The translations under genes were made by a program, and so were the position numbers. The notes beneath the pieces were generated by a model. That model did no database searches, was not told the origin of the DNA, and saw only the letters and a program-made list of their open reading frames with translations. Of a DNA stretch of 64,000 nt, positions 49,014 to 60,423 are shown piece by piece. Numbering within the stretch: position 1 is the first letter of the stretch; every line of letters begins with the position of its first letter. Source of the DNA: Gracilinanus agilis (Eukaryota); contig NC_058131.1 of the NCBI RefSeq assembly GCF_016433145.1, positions 270,023,441 to 270,087,440 on the forward strand, given 5' to 3'.

Positions 49014-49908
49014 CCAGCCTGCTGCCTTCTCCTGGCCAATGGCTCCAGCCTGGGAAGGGGAGCTCTTAAAGGGGCTGGGGTTGGTCAGGGGTTGGGGGGG
49101 GTGCTAATATTAGGGTGTGTTTCCCCCTATTAAGAAAAAAGCAAAAAAAGCTCTGATATCCCAAGTTTGGCTGTTTGCAGTGAGTGCTGGCTCCCCTTCT
49201 GTTTGGTCTCCCTATCCCCTTCCGGTGTTGGGAGAGTGAGAAGGGGGTGAGGAAGCCATGAGCCCCCCTCCCCATCCTCCCAGAAGGAAGGGGGTCTATC
49301 TTTACCCTCCCCAACCCCCTCCCTAAACTTTTTGGGGCTAGGATTCCTCTAAAAGGGGATGGGAAAAGTCCCTTTGTATTATTCCCCACCACCCAGCCCA
49401 GGGCTCCCTATAGTCAGGGCCCTGCATACTGGGAACATAGGACTGGTCTTATCTTAGTCTCCAGGTGCCTCCTTCAAGAGCCTCTGGGAGAGGGGATGAG
49501 GCCATTCACCACTCCCCCCTCCCAGTGGCAGAGCCCCAAATATTTTCTTGGTCCTGAGAACCTCGTATTTGGGCCCTAGTCATTTTGTCCTCCTAATTTT
49601 CTTTTCCCAATCCCTGCCAAAGTGATTCTAGCTCAGGATCCCAAACTGGATAGAGTGGGCATTGGTGCCAGGGCCTGGGGTGGGTACCTGGAAGGTTCTC
49701 AATCCTCCAGGCCTGTCTTCTTTCCTCTGTGCCTGGGGTCTTTCCCTCTCCCTGTGCCTGTGCCCTCTCCTTGTCTGTGCCTGCGTCCATCCTGTCCTGT
49801 ACTGTCCTGTCCATTCCTGCACCTGGTTCTCACTGTGAGACCTCTTTTCCCCTCCTCTGCTTGTGGCCAGGATTGTATCCACATTCATTTTGAAACAAAC
49901 TGGATTTT

Positions 49909-49914
49909 ATTAAA
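49909..49914 (+). terminator. Probable NPDC1 polyadenylation signal (ATTAAA)
   Basis: ATTAAA about 900 nt after the stop, followed by a GU/U-rich downstream element (ttctttggttgtctgtgg). Confidence 0.6.
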
Positions 49915-52900
49915 AACAATGTTTCAAACCAGCTGAGGGGGCTTCTTTGGTTGTCTGTGGGCACTCTGTGATTCTGTGAGATTGTCTTGAGGCTCAGGGG
50001 GATGGATCTATGGAAGAGAGAGAGGTTGGAGCTGTGGGAGAGCCAAGTCTGGAGGGTTTGAGCCTATGAGTCTCAGGGCCCTTGTCCATGATTTGAGTAT
50101 CTCTTGTCACTTTGGGGAGTTTGGTCTCTAGTGCTGTGTTTTGGGGTTTTGGGGAATCTGGGTTTGTAGGGTGTTGGAGGCCCAGTTTTGGGGGAGGAGT
50201 ATGCTTCTGTGTGATCTTTTGTGTCTTGTGTAAGGTTTAGGGAGTCTCTAGGCTCCCTACGATTTGAATGTGCCTGAGGGGAGGTGGGCAGTTTTGCTCT
50301 ATGATCTTAAGAGGTTCCAGGTTCTCTCTCTAGACTTTGGCTATTTCTAGGCTAGGCTTTGGGGGGCCTGAGCCTTCCCCCCCCCTTGGTGGACAGACCC
50401 TGGTGGGGGCAGGGGACTGGGATAGTTATGTTAATGGCCTCACTAGGGGAAGTCCTGTAGCCTGCCTGCCTTGAAGTGCAGCCTGGGATTAACCCCTCCC
50501 CCAGAGGTGGGCTCCTAGCCTGCAGCTGATCAAGGCAAGGAGTTGGGGGGGCCGGTGAATGGACTATTCCTGAAACCTATTCATAGCCCACCACCAGCAC
50601 TTGGCAGAGAAGAGTTTTTAAAAACCATTCTCCCCTTTTTCTGCCAGAAGTAGGTGAGGTCAGGACCCCATAAGCTGGAAGGCTGACCTCTAGGCAGTGC
50701 CCAACAGGCAGCTGATGTAAAGAGGACAGAGAGGGAAGCTGTCTCTGAGCCTGAGGAGTAGATCGTACTTGGAGTAACTTGGCCTCCTCCAGATTTGAAA
50801 GGCAGACCCCAGGCTGGAGGGGGTGGGGATGAAAGGGAGCTCCCTAGGGTTTGTGAAAGAGCTTGTGGGGGTAGAGGAGAGTTGAGAGCTGGCCATCAAA
50901 GGCCTAATCTCATAGTGTCAGAGATTGAAAGGAAAAGAGGCTTCTAGTTTTCTGTGGGGACTTGAGGTGGAGCTACTTCCTAAAAACTCCCCCCCCCCCA
51001 GCTTCACCTGGGGAGATTTCCCCCCTCCCCCCAGGCAGCCATTCTTAAAAGTGATCCACCAGGGTCCTAATGGCTGCTTGCTCTATGCCAGGAGCCCCTG
51101 GGCTGGGAGGGCGAAGGTCCTTTTGAAACTGAAGTACTCACAGAATGTCCCAAACCAGGCACCCAAGGATTAGATGGAAAAGCCCTGGACATCAGCCCTG
51201 AACAGGGATTCAGTTCCTAAACAGCCTCCTGATTCCAAAGGAGAGATAAGACTGGAAACAATGCAGGACCCTGAGATAAGTGCTTACCTGTATAGAGAGC
51301 TTTTAATATTTACAAAACACTCATTACAACCCTGTGAGGTGGGATGGGCTAGTGTTGCCCTTATTTTCTTGATGAAACAAAAAGTGGCTCAGACAGCCTG
51401 GCCTAAGGTCACATGGCTAGTAACTTGAACCTAGGTCCCCGAGGGGCACCAAACTGCCTTCCTCCCTTGTGGGGGTGTGGAAGTGGGAAAGTGTAATAGG
51501 AGATTAAGATGAGGGAGCACAGCGAGCCTGGGTGGTCAGGGAATGCCTCCTCTGCTGGATGAGTCTTAGAAGATGGAAATGATTTTGATAGAATGAGATT
51601 GGGAGATGGAGGGACTTTCCAGGAGGGGAAACAATCTGAGCCTGGGCAAAAAGGCAACTTTTTTTTGCTAAGCTCCTGGAGGGAGGGCAGGTTCGTTTTT
51701 TTTTGTATCTCCAGTGCCTATCCTCAATTCATTGCACATAGCTTGCTGAATTGGCTCTCGAATGGCACTTTGTACCTCTTAACGTACTTATTATGAATTC
51801 TGTATGCTAGCTAGGTATGTATGAGTTCTGTCCTGCTTGAGTAGGCTTCTGACTAGGAAGCTTGTCTTATTTAAACTTGTTAGCTCCTCAAAGTCTATTC
51901 TGTAGCCAATTAAGCTTTTAATGATTTTCATTGAATCAAGTCACTTGAGGGATAGTTAATAGATCAGTTTGCCCAGCACCTGGCTGGTATGGGAAAGCAA
52001 TGAGAAATAAGCCTGGAAAACGAGTCAGGGGCCAGTCCCTGGGAGTCCCTCAAAGCTGCATTGAGGATTTGGGTGGTTGTCCTGGAACCACTGGAGTTTT
52101 TTTAGAAGGGGAAATGATGTCATCAAAGCTGTGCTCCGGGAGAATTAATCTGGCACCCCAGTGGAGGAAAGATTGGAAGGGGGGGAAGGCCTGTTGAGAG
52201 GAGACTTGTCGCAGGATGTCTATTAAGATTGTTGAAGTTAGAGACAAGTGATTAGATGGAGGAGAGCAAAGGAAGAGGACTCAGAGATAACTGGCTTTGA
52301 ATGTAGATAAAGTCAGGTGGCTTGAGTTTGGGGGTGGTGGGAAAGATGAGGGAGGTGGGTTTTTGGACACATTGACTTTGAGTTAGGGGCAGGCATTATA
52401 TGTCCAGGAGACCTGTGGAGGAACTTCCCTGAACCGTAGACATGGTCTTTAAAGGGCAGGATATTCATGACATGAGAAGATCCTGGGGCTTTTGGTCCCC
52501 AGGGAAGTATCCCAGGATCTCTGGCCGGTAGATTTTGTGTCTGTGTCTTCCTTCACCCCAGGTTAATGATTCTGAGACTTAAAGGAACATTTTATCAGCT
52601 GCGTGTCTGGCCTCTGGCTGGAGAGCAAACCTGGGAGGTGGTCAGCCCCACCCTGGCCTCCCCGAGGGAGGGGGAGGTAATCTGCTCTGACCTGCTCCTC
52701 CCTTTAGCCACCTCACCTTCCCTCCCATTCTATGTCCCTTCTTGCCTCCCCATGACCTTGGGATGTCCCTTGCCCTCTTTTAGTGCCTCAGTTTCCCATC
52801 TTGGCAGAGGGAGAGAAAGGGAAAGGGAGAGAGGGATCTCCTTTATCAGGGACCAATAGTCATTAGGTGGTGAGATTTTAGGACTAATCAGAATGGGGAA

Positions 52901-53289
52901 AGATTGCCAGAAAGGTCATGTTGATTGTATAGGTAGGGCTCTGTAGGTGGGTGTCTGTGTGTCTGCATGAAGGATTGATTCTCTGGGCTTTTGCTGGTGT
53001 GTTTCCAGGAATCTGGGTCAGTACTTGTGGACAGGAGGAGCGTGTGCTTTCTTTGGTCTCTTGTCTGCTTGTGCTTTTGTATGTGGGTCTTTCTTGTCTT
53101 CGTGGACGTTTGTCTGTCTGTCTGGTGTCTGTGTCTCTGTGAGTTCAATCAACAACTGGGCCCTTTAGCACACATGTCATTCCACCCTAGACCCCCCCCC
53201 CCCAAAGAGGCCCTGGGGTTTGGGGGAAAAGTGGTCTTGAGTTCTCCTCACCTCCCAGGTCTGCCCCCCAGCTACTCAGAGCCATTAGA

Positions 53290-53660
53290 CAAATTGTTAT
53301 TTGCATTCACAAGTGTGTCAGGGAAACACCAGGAACGGCCCCAGCAATTGTCCCCGACTGGCACTAGGGGCCTTTATGGTGGGGCTCCAGGAGCCTGCAT
53401 TTTTAGGAGTCCTGAGTCCCTAGGGGAGGCCCAGAGGTTGGGTGGGGGGGGAAAGGGATGGGCTTGGGGGTGGAGTTAAAAGCAAGGAAGGCCCCCACCC
53501 AATGAACCTCCCCCCCCCCAGCCAAAGGATACCCAAGTTCATTCTCAGCCCCCCCTTCTATTGTTTTAAAGGGCCAATAGCTGGGATGCTATTAACATAA
53601 TGATTGAAAGCTCCGGGACCCTGGGTGGGAGGGGAGGGGTCAGGCTTGGCCCGGGGCACT
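53290..53660 (+). promoter_or_regulatory. Probable POU5F3 proximal promoter
   Basis: Perfect octamer ATTTGCAT at 53299-53306, G-rich tracts at 53440-53470, CCAAT at 53499 and 53574, ATTAACAT at 53591, and GGGTGGGAGGGGAGGGGTCA at about 53623-53642; repeat-free, upstream of an ATG-free leader. Confidence 0.55.
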
Positions 53661-53870
53661 GTCCTCCATACAGTCACCTCTTCAAAATCTGAGGGGCATC
53701 CGCCCCCCTGCGCACTCTGAGGGCCAAGTGCTCGAGGCTCGGCCAGCAGCTTCAGCTCAGAGTCTGGATCCAGGACCAGCACCGGGAGGAAGAGGCCAGG
53801 GAGCCGTCCCACCTGAGAGGAGAACGTGTGGGTCCTGCCTGCTGCTGCCGTCCATCAAGACAAGCTGGGC

Positions 53871-54499
53871 ATGTTTAATCACATGGAGGGGCTGCCCCCG
53901 GGCAACTACAGCCTGAGCCAGAGCACCATGCCCGATGGGTCTTCCCACTATGTCGGGGGAAGCACCCCAAGACCTCCCCAGCCGCCACCCCAGCCCTTCT
54001 TTACCTTCCCCGCAGCAGTGAAGAGTGAGTACAACTTGGAGGGACCCTCGAACCCTGACTCCAGCCAGACCAAGGGGTGGTATGCCTTCTCTGCACCCCA
54101 GCCCCCAGCTGAGGCCGGCCAGGCCAGTGCCTCCCACAACCTTCACCTCATGCCGCCCAAAGAGGAAGACTCCTGCTCTTCCCCTTCCTCGTCATCCTCT
54201 GGGGCTCCCGAGCGCGACCTCAGGGAGAACGTGAACGTCGTCCCCGAAGTGAACAAGTACTGCGCCCGTCCAGGCCCGGCCTACTACGCCCCTGCCTGGA
54301 GCGGGCCCTTCTGGCCAGGCCTGGGGAGCACTGGCTCCGTGCCCACCGGGGCCCTGCCGGGGCCGCCTCTCCCTCACCACCCTCTGCAGGCTCTGGGGAC
54401 CTTCCCGGGTCCCAGGCCTCTGTACTCGGCACCCCTCCAGCAGCCCCAGGCAGGGCTGGGCAGTGTGGGCAGCAGCAGCATTAGCAGCAGCAGCAGCAT

Positions 54500-54531
<32 letters not shown>

Positions 54532-57186
54532 TCAGCAGCAGCAATGTCAGCAGCAGCGTAAGCAGCACCAGCGGTTCCAGTGGGGCAGCCAGTGAGGAGG
54601 GCATCCCCTCCAGTGACAGTGGAGAGGAGGTAAGAAGACCTGGTACCATCCAGCATGGATTTAGACAGGTTCTACCCTCAGAAATGGAGATCCAAAGTCA
54701 CCCAGGCTTATCCCAGGAAGGAAAGGGGACCTGGGCCAGGCAGGCTTGCAGGAGAACCTGGGGAGATACCATCTCCCTTCAGGGTTGAGTCTTACCTACG
54801 GGAAGGGGAAGCAAATCTAGGGCCATCAGACTCTGGAGCCTTGCTCAGCCCAGTAGAAATAACAAAGTCCACCATCCTGTAGACTAAAAGATCCTATCTA
54901 CTCAGCCCTTCCCCCAAAACCATGGCATGGAAGAAAAGCATGAGTTTTCCTTCCCAGGTGACCTGGGCCAGAAAATTCCATGCTCCCCTATCTTATTATA
55001 ATTGTCTCTTGGGATTTGCCCCAACTTCCTGGGGATCCCAGCCCATCTAACCTTAAGATCCACCAAACTGATCATCAGAGATCGGGACCTTTGGTGTGTT
55101 TTATACTTTGTCAAATTCTAAGGAATACAGGTTAGCTCTAGAAGTGAATAGGCCCCCCTCTGGCATATAAGGACTCCATGGCCTTCCTTCCACACTGAAG
55201 AGACTTATCTTTTGTCTCTCTTCATAGAACCCTGGGTTATTTTCCTTGTACTGGGACCCCTTCCTTGGCCAAATATGTTGGTACTGGGTGCCTAGGCTAG
55301 TCCAGGTGCCCCATCCATGTGGTTTAGTGCAAAGAGAGGGAGATAATATTTCCTTTCTCTACCTACCTTGGCTGGTTGTTGACTTGGATTTTATTGATCT
55401 TGTTAATTGACTGAGGGAATGGTCTAGACTAGAGTGTTCTATCTAGTCTCTTTGCCCTGATGACTAGCCTTCTGACCCTGGGCAGAGGATTTTATTTCTA
55501 TTTCCTCATAAAATGGTGGAGGTAGGAAAAACTTTAGTTAAGAGTTTGTAAATAATTGCTCTTTGTAAAAGAGTTTGTACATAATTGTACTTTGTGATCA
55601 TAGGATGATTACATTTTAGGCCGAGGGTTCCCTGGGTTGGATCTTGAATTCTTTCAAAAATTCCTGGCCATTTCCCAGCTTTAATCCCCAACTAAGGGAT
55701 ATGGATGGCTTTGTCTTGGAGTTCTAGACTTCTATACAACCCTGAAATGGGGAGGGAGAGTGGGAGAAAAGAGAAGATTCTAGCATGTAAACAAGACCTT
55801 GTTGAAGTTTCCCTGGCTATTTGACCAAGATCCTTTCACCTAAACCACCAAGTTAGTTCCTCAAACTTCATCCACCCCTTGCCCCCTGCAGGACACCCCA
55901 ACCTCTGAGGAACTGGAGCTGTTTGCCAAAGAATTGAAACACAAGCGAATTTCCCTGGGTTTCACTCAGGCCGATGTGGGCATGGCCCTGGGCACACTGT
56001 ATGGTGAGAAATGGGCACAAAGTGATTGGGGTACAGATTGGGGGGTGAGGGGGAGATGGCTATTGTAAATCCAGGACCACCAAGTGAGAATAAGATGATG
56101 GAGACTTGAGGCAAGGGATGGGTTTACATTCAGTTTCCTGATCTTGCTTCTCCTGCCCCATTGGTTTCCCTTAAGCCAACCTAACAGGAACCAAAAGGGG
56201 AAATAGTGATCCTGATATTTGGGAGGTGGGGATGGGAAACTTGATGGGCAGTGAGGAACCCCATTTCTGGAGCCTCAATTTGAGCGTCCACCTTTGCTCT
56301 TAGGGAAGATGTTTAGTCAGACAACCATCTGCCGATTTGAAGCTCTGCAACTGAGCTTTAAGAATATGTGCAAATTGAAACCACTACTTCAGAGGTGGCT
56401 GCAGGCTGTTGAGAACACTGAAAACCCTCAGGAGGTAAGCCAACCCCTATCCCACCCCCTCCAACGCCCCTAGATGCTTCCTAGGATACAGTCTCCTTAC
56501 TGGCTTAGATGGAACAGCTCCCATGTATGGGGTGGAAACATAGCTAGATTGAGTGGGGGGAGGATGGGGAAGGAATGGGGCTTTCAAAGCCCAGGCTGCT
56601 CTTCCCCCTCACCACAGGCTCTAGCTGTGCCCTGTCCCCCCCAGATGTGCAGTATGGAACAAGTGCTAGCCCAGGCTCGAAAGCGTAAACGTCGTACAAG
56701 TATTGAGACCAGTGTGAAGGGGACCCTAGAGGGCTTCTTCAGGCGTTGTGGGAAGCCCACTCCCCAGCAAATCTGTGACTTGGCAGAAGAGCTGCACCTG
56801 GACAAAGATGTGCGTTGTCCCCTGGGGGTGGGCAGGTTATGGGGGTGGGGTGGGGAGGAGGTTGAATAAGTAGAAAGCTAATGGGGGGCAGCTGAGGAGT
56901 TTGGAGGCCTGGCCTGAGTCACCTATCCAACTCTTCCTAGGTGGTACGAGTCTGGTTCTGTAACCGAAGGCAGAAGGGTAAGAGGCTTCTTCTGCCCTAT
57001 GGAGAAGAGGGTGAAGTGTTGCCTTATGATCTGACCCCCGGCACTGCCCTCGTCCTGCCAACTGCTGCTGTACCCCAGAACTATGCAGCACCCCCACCAC
57101 CTGTGCCCCCTGCCCTCTATATGTCCACCTTTCCTAAGGGTGAGCCCTGCATCCCAGGCATGCCCATGCCTAATGGGGGCATCTGA
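53871..57186 (+). CDS. POU5F3: Class V POU homeodomain transcription factor POU5F3 (POU2/PouV); exons join(53871..54629,55892..56003,56304..56434,56645..56809,56941..57186)
   Basis: 1413 nt = 470 aa plus stop. POU-specific domain ([60 protein letters not shown]) and homeodomain ([25 protein letters not shown]). KELKHKR, LYGKMF, KRKRRTS, the N-terminal blocks MPDGS, PFFTF, WYAF and YYAPAW..FWPGL, and the position directly downstream of NPDC1 indicate POU5F3 rather than POU5F1. An in-frame TGA at 53814 supports ATG 53871 as the start. Confidence 0.95.
54471..54572 (+). repeat. Interrupted (AGC)n repeat encoding a poly-Ser tract in POU5F3
   Basis: (AGC)3 ATT (AGC)5 ATC (AGC)3 AAC AAC AGC AAC (AGC)3 ATC (AGC)3 AAT GTC (AGC)3 GTA (AGC)2 ACC AGC; 24 of 34 codons are Ser. 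Confidence 0.95.
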
Positions 57187-57455
57187 GCCAGGATCAGCAT
57201 TCTAGGAACTCACTGGGGGCTCAAGATGCCTCTTGCTTTCCCCTTCTTGCCCTTGCCCTATCCTGGTGACTGGTCATTGTCCACTGCCTGAGATACAATG
57301 GTCAGGCCTTTTCCCTACCCCAGATCTCTTTCTACCCCTACACTGCCCACATCTAGATTTTTTGGGCATCTGGAAAACAATATTCAGGTCTTTTTTCTCT
57401 CCCTTCTTTCACCTCACACTCCCAAACTTGTGATGGGTTTGGGAGCCAGTTTGAA

Positions 57456-57461
57456 AATAAA
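57456..57461 (+). terminator. Candidate POU5F3 polyadenylation signal (AATAAA)
   Basis: First AATAAA, 270 nt after the stop; another occurs at 58255-58260. Confidence 0.45.
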
Positions 57462-59788
57462 AAGTTGGATGGTAACTGACTGGACTGGTCTCTGTTACTA
57501 ACTTGGGATGGGGACTTGTAGGGTTCAGGGTACCTGGTTGGGGCTGGCTGGTGATTCTGGTTGACTTGAGTTGGGTGGGAGATTGCAACGAAGCGGAACA
57601 AACCCTGAACAAACCCTGATGGCCTTGGGGTGCTTCATCATCACTTGCTTGCCTATCTTACCCCATGTTCCACCAGGGGGCAATCTTTCCCACCCAGTCC
57701 CGCTCTAACCCCTCTCATTTTGTATGCATTTGTGCTGTCAAAGTGAGGAGTGGAGGTAGTGGCAGGTAAATTTGATTTTCCAAGTGAAAGACCATCCTTG
57801 GCTAGCCTGACCCCTCTCTGGATCTCCTCTCCCTTCAGCTCACAGCCTCGTGCTCCTCCGAGGTTTTAGGGCTCCCATGCCAGCCTCCAGCTCTTCATCC
57901 TCCTCGAAGTCTTCATTTCATGCAGGTGTTTTCCTTGTAGAGGTACTCTGCATCACCTGGCAGGGCTTGTGTTTGTGTAGACTACTTGTCCTTGTCCTCC
58001 ACTCTCATTTTCACCAAGGCCTGATGTTTGTGCCTCTTCTGGGATGACACAGAGATGTCTGGGAGTTCCTACCCTTTGTCCATTTCCCCTATCCCACCCC
58101 ACCACATGATTGATTCTGATAGTCCTCAAAGCAGCCTTTGGGACTTGGAGGCCAGAGGCTGACATTGTTAGATTGGGAGCTCCAAGAGGGTAGGACTGAC
58201 TGTCTTGCCTTTGGATTCCCCAGTGCTCAGCAAGCCTGGCACACAGGAGGCTCAAATAAAAATCTATGAGCTGACTAAGAGCTGGCATCCTTTTTCTCAA
58301 TTCTTGCCCAGTGAGGATGTGGGGGATGTGATAAGGCTTAGGTAGGCACAGCAGAGGGTCTGAAAGTAGTGATCTCCTTTGCTTTCTGATTCTTAATCTT
58401 CCCCTGGCTCCCTGCCTCTGACATCCTTTCATTCTGACCCATTTCAGAACCACATTTACCCCAAAGTCTTCCTTTTCCCCTGTGACTATTCTGTTCCTAT
58501 AGGTGGATACAAGTATTCAAACCTCACATTTATCTTCCCAAGTCACTGGTCTTCTCCATCTTGGGAGGACCCCTGGGCCATGGGTTTGGAGCCAAAGGCC
58601 AGGTCAGCTAGCCCTGGGCTAATTAAAGAAAAAGCTTAATTATCTCCCCTTTGACTGATACATAAAAATGGCATAAATTCAACAGAAAGGATTGGGAGCA
58701 AGGAGCTCTAGAAATGAATGCCAGCTCCTTCAAGGCATACGGGGAGACCAGAGGGGAAGGGGGAAGAGAGAGAAACAAATATTTACTAAGTGGCTGCTGT
58801 ATGCCAGGCACTGTGCTAAGTGTTGTACCAATACCTCATTTGATCTTCCCAACAACCTTGTGAGGCAGATGTTATCCCTATTTTACAGTTGAAGAAACTG
58901 AGGCAGGCAGTTTCAGTGACTTGCCCAAGATCACATAGCTAGCTAGTCAGTATCAGATCAGATACAAGCTGGTCTTTCCTGACTACAAACCCAGCCCTCA
59001 TTTTGACACTTAGCTGCCTCAGGGCCATTTCTCTGGCCTTCAGGGTCTTGTCCCTCTGCTGGTGATCCTTTTTACTGAGCCAGAAGCTCTTCTCAAGACA
59101 GAAGCTTGTGTAGTTTCCTTTTCTGTGCCAATGCCATACTTAGTACTCAGGGGCCCTCAGGAAATGTTAGCTGACTGATCCCCAAAAGACAAGAGCAGGG
59201 CGTGCCAGGGGAAGAGGCCAGTCTGTGGGTACAGGGTGGGGCCTGTGGGAAGCACCCTGTGCCTGGTTGGCAGCACAAACAGGAAGAATACCAGGTCTAG
59301 TGGCAAGAAGCAAGGTCCCCAGTGGGCCAAAGACAAGATAGGCTAGAGTTTTGTGTTTTCTTTTTCCTGCTTGCTGCAGAAGCCCCTTTGGGAGTACAGG
59401 AGAGCCGCCATGCCCATTCTGTAAAGAGAAAAGCAGGAGCCCACTAATTGGTCTTCTCTAATCTATCCATCAGAGGACTACCAAAGTGATGATATTCCTA
59501 ACTAGTCAGGCCATTCCTTTGCTCAATAAACTCCAGTGGTTCCCAATGCTCATAATATTTAGGATCAAATGCAGCCCCCTCCTGGCATTTATAAGCTTTA
59601 TAAACAATCGAACCTATTTTTCCACTGGCTAGCCAGACTTTTCCTCATCTCCCATCTTGATGCCTTTAATTTGGTCAGCCCATTCCCCTGCTCAGAATGT
59701 GTTCTTTTTTTACTTCTACTTTGCAGAATTCCTAATTGCCTTCAAAGCTCATCTTAAGAGTAACCTAAAGGATAGTTTTGTTCATTAA

Positions 59789-59986
59789 CTTTTTTTTAAA
59801 CCCCTACCTTCCATCTTAGAATCATTACTGCATATTGGTTCCAAGGCAGAAGAATTGTAAGGGTAGGCAATGGGGGTTAAGTGGCTTGCCCAGGGTCACA
59901 CAGGAAGTGTCTGAGGTCACATTTGAACTCAGGACCTCCTGTCCCTAGGCCTGGCTCTCAATCCACTGAGCCACCTAGCTGCCCCC
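59789..59986 (-). mobile_element. SINE1_Mdo-like SINE
   Basis: Full-length reverse copy, from the T tract to ctagctgcccc. Confidence 0.9.
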
Positions 59987-60213
59987 TTTTAGTTAGGTAA
60001 AAAAAAATTTTTTTTTTTATTGTTCTTCCCCACTGACTGCTAGTGACCTTTAGTGAAATGACCTTAGTTATTTTGTATGCACGTATTCTGTATCCCCTTG
60101 TGCCTGGCATATAGTAAGCACTTAATAATTTTTAAGAGTTGAGTTCTTGATTAATAGAAGAAAAGCCTGAGTTCTGGGACTCCTAGATCTGGAATCCTAC
60201 CCAAAACTTAGGG

Positions 60214-60423
60214 CAACGGTTGGCAACCTTTTTGGCCTTGAGAGCTGAAAACGCCTGTGGAAGGAGGAGGATGGAGGCAGAAGGCACTGGAAGGCCAAAG
60301 GCGCTGGAATATGGGGCAGGGGCTGAAGGCCCCCCTTGGGGCACATCCTGGGGCTCTGCCAGGACTGGCTGGTTGGGAGGTGGAGCCAGATATGGCTCCA
60401 GAGCCATATGTTGCCAACCCCTG
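60214..60423. mobile_element. hAT MITE, 210 bp, sharing termini with 33660-33858 in the opposite orientation
   Basis: Ends CAACGGTTGGCAACCTTTTTGGCC and GAGCCAGATATGGCTCCAGAGCCATATGTTGCCAACCCCTG; degenerate TSD acttaggg / gcttagcg. Confidence 0.85.

Noticed and set aside
54192-54656. Antisense ORFs with poly-Ala and poly-Leu tracts
   Set aside because: Shadows of the AGC repeat and GC-rich exon on the opposite strand; no independent evidence.
53826-54788. 320-aa ORF starting at GTG
   Set aside because: It is POU5F3 exon 1 plus intron read-through; the homologous start is ATG 53871 (MFN..MPDGS) and the donor is at 54630.
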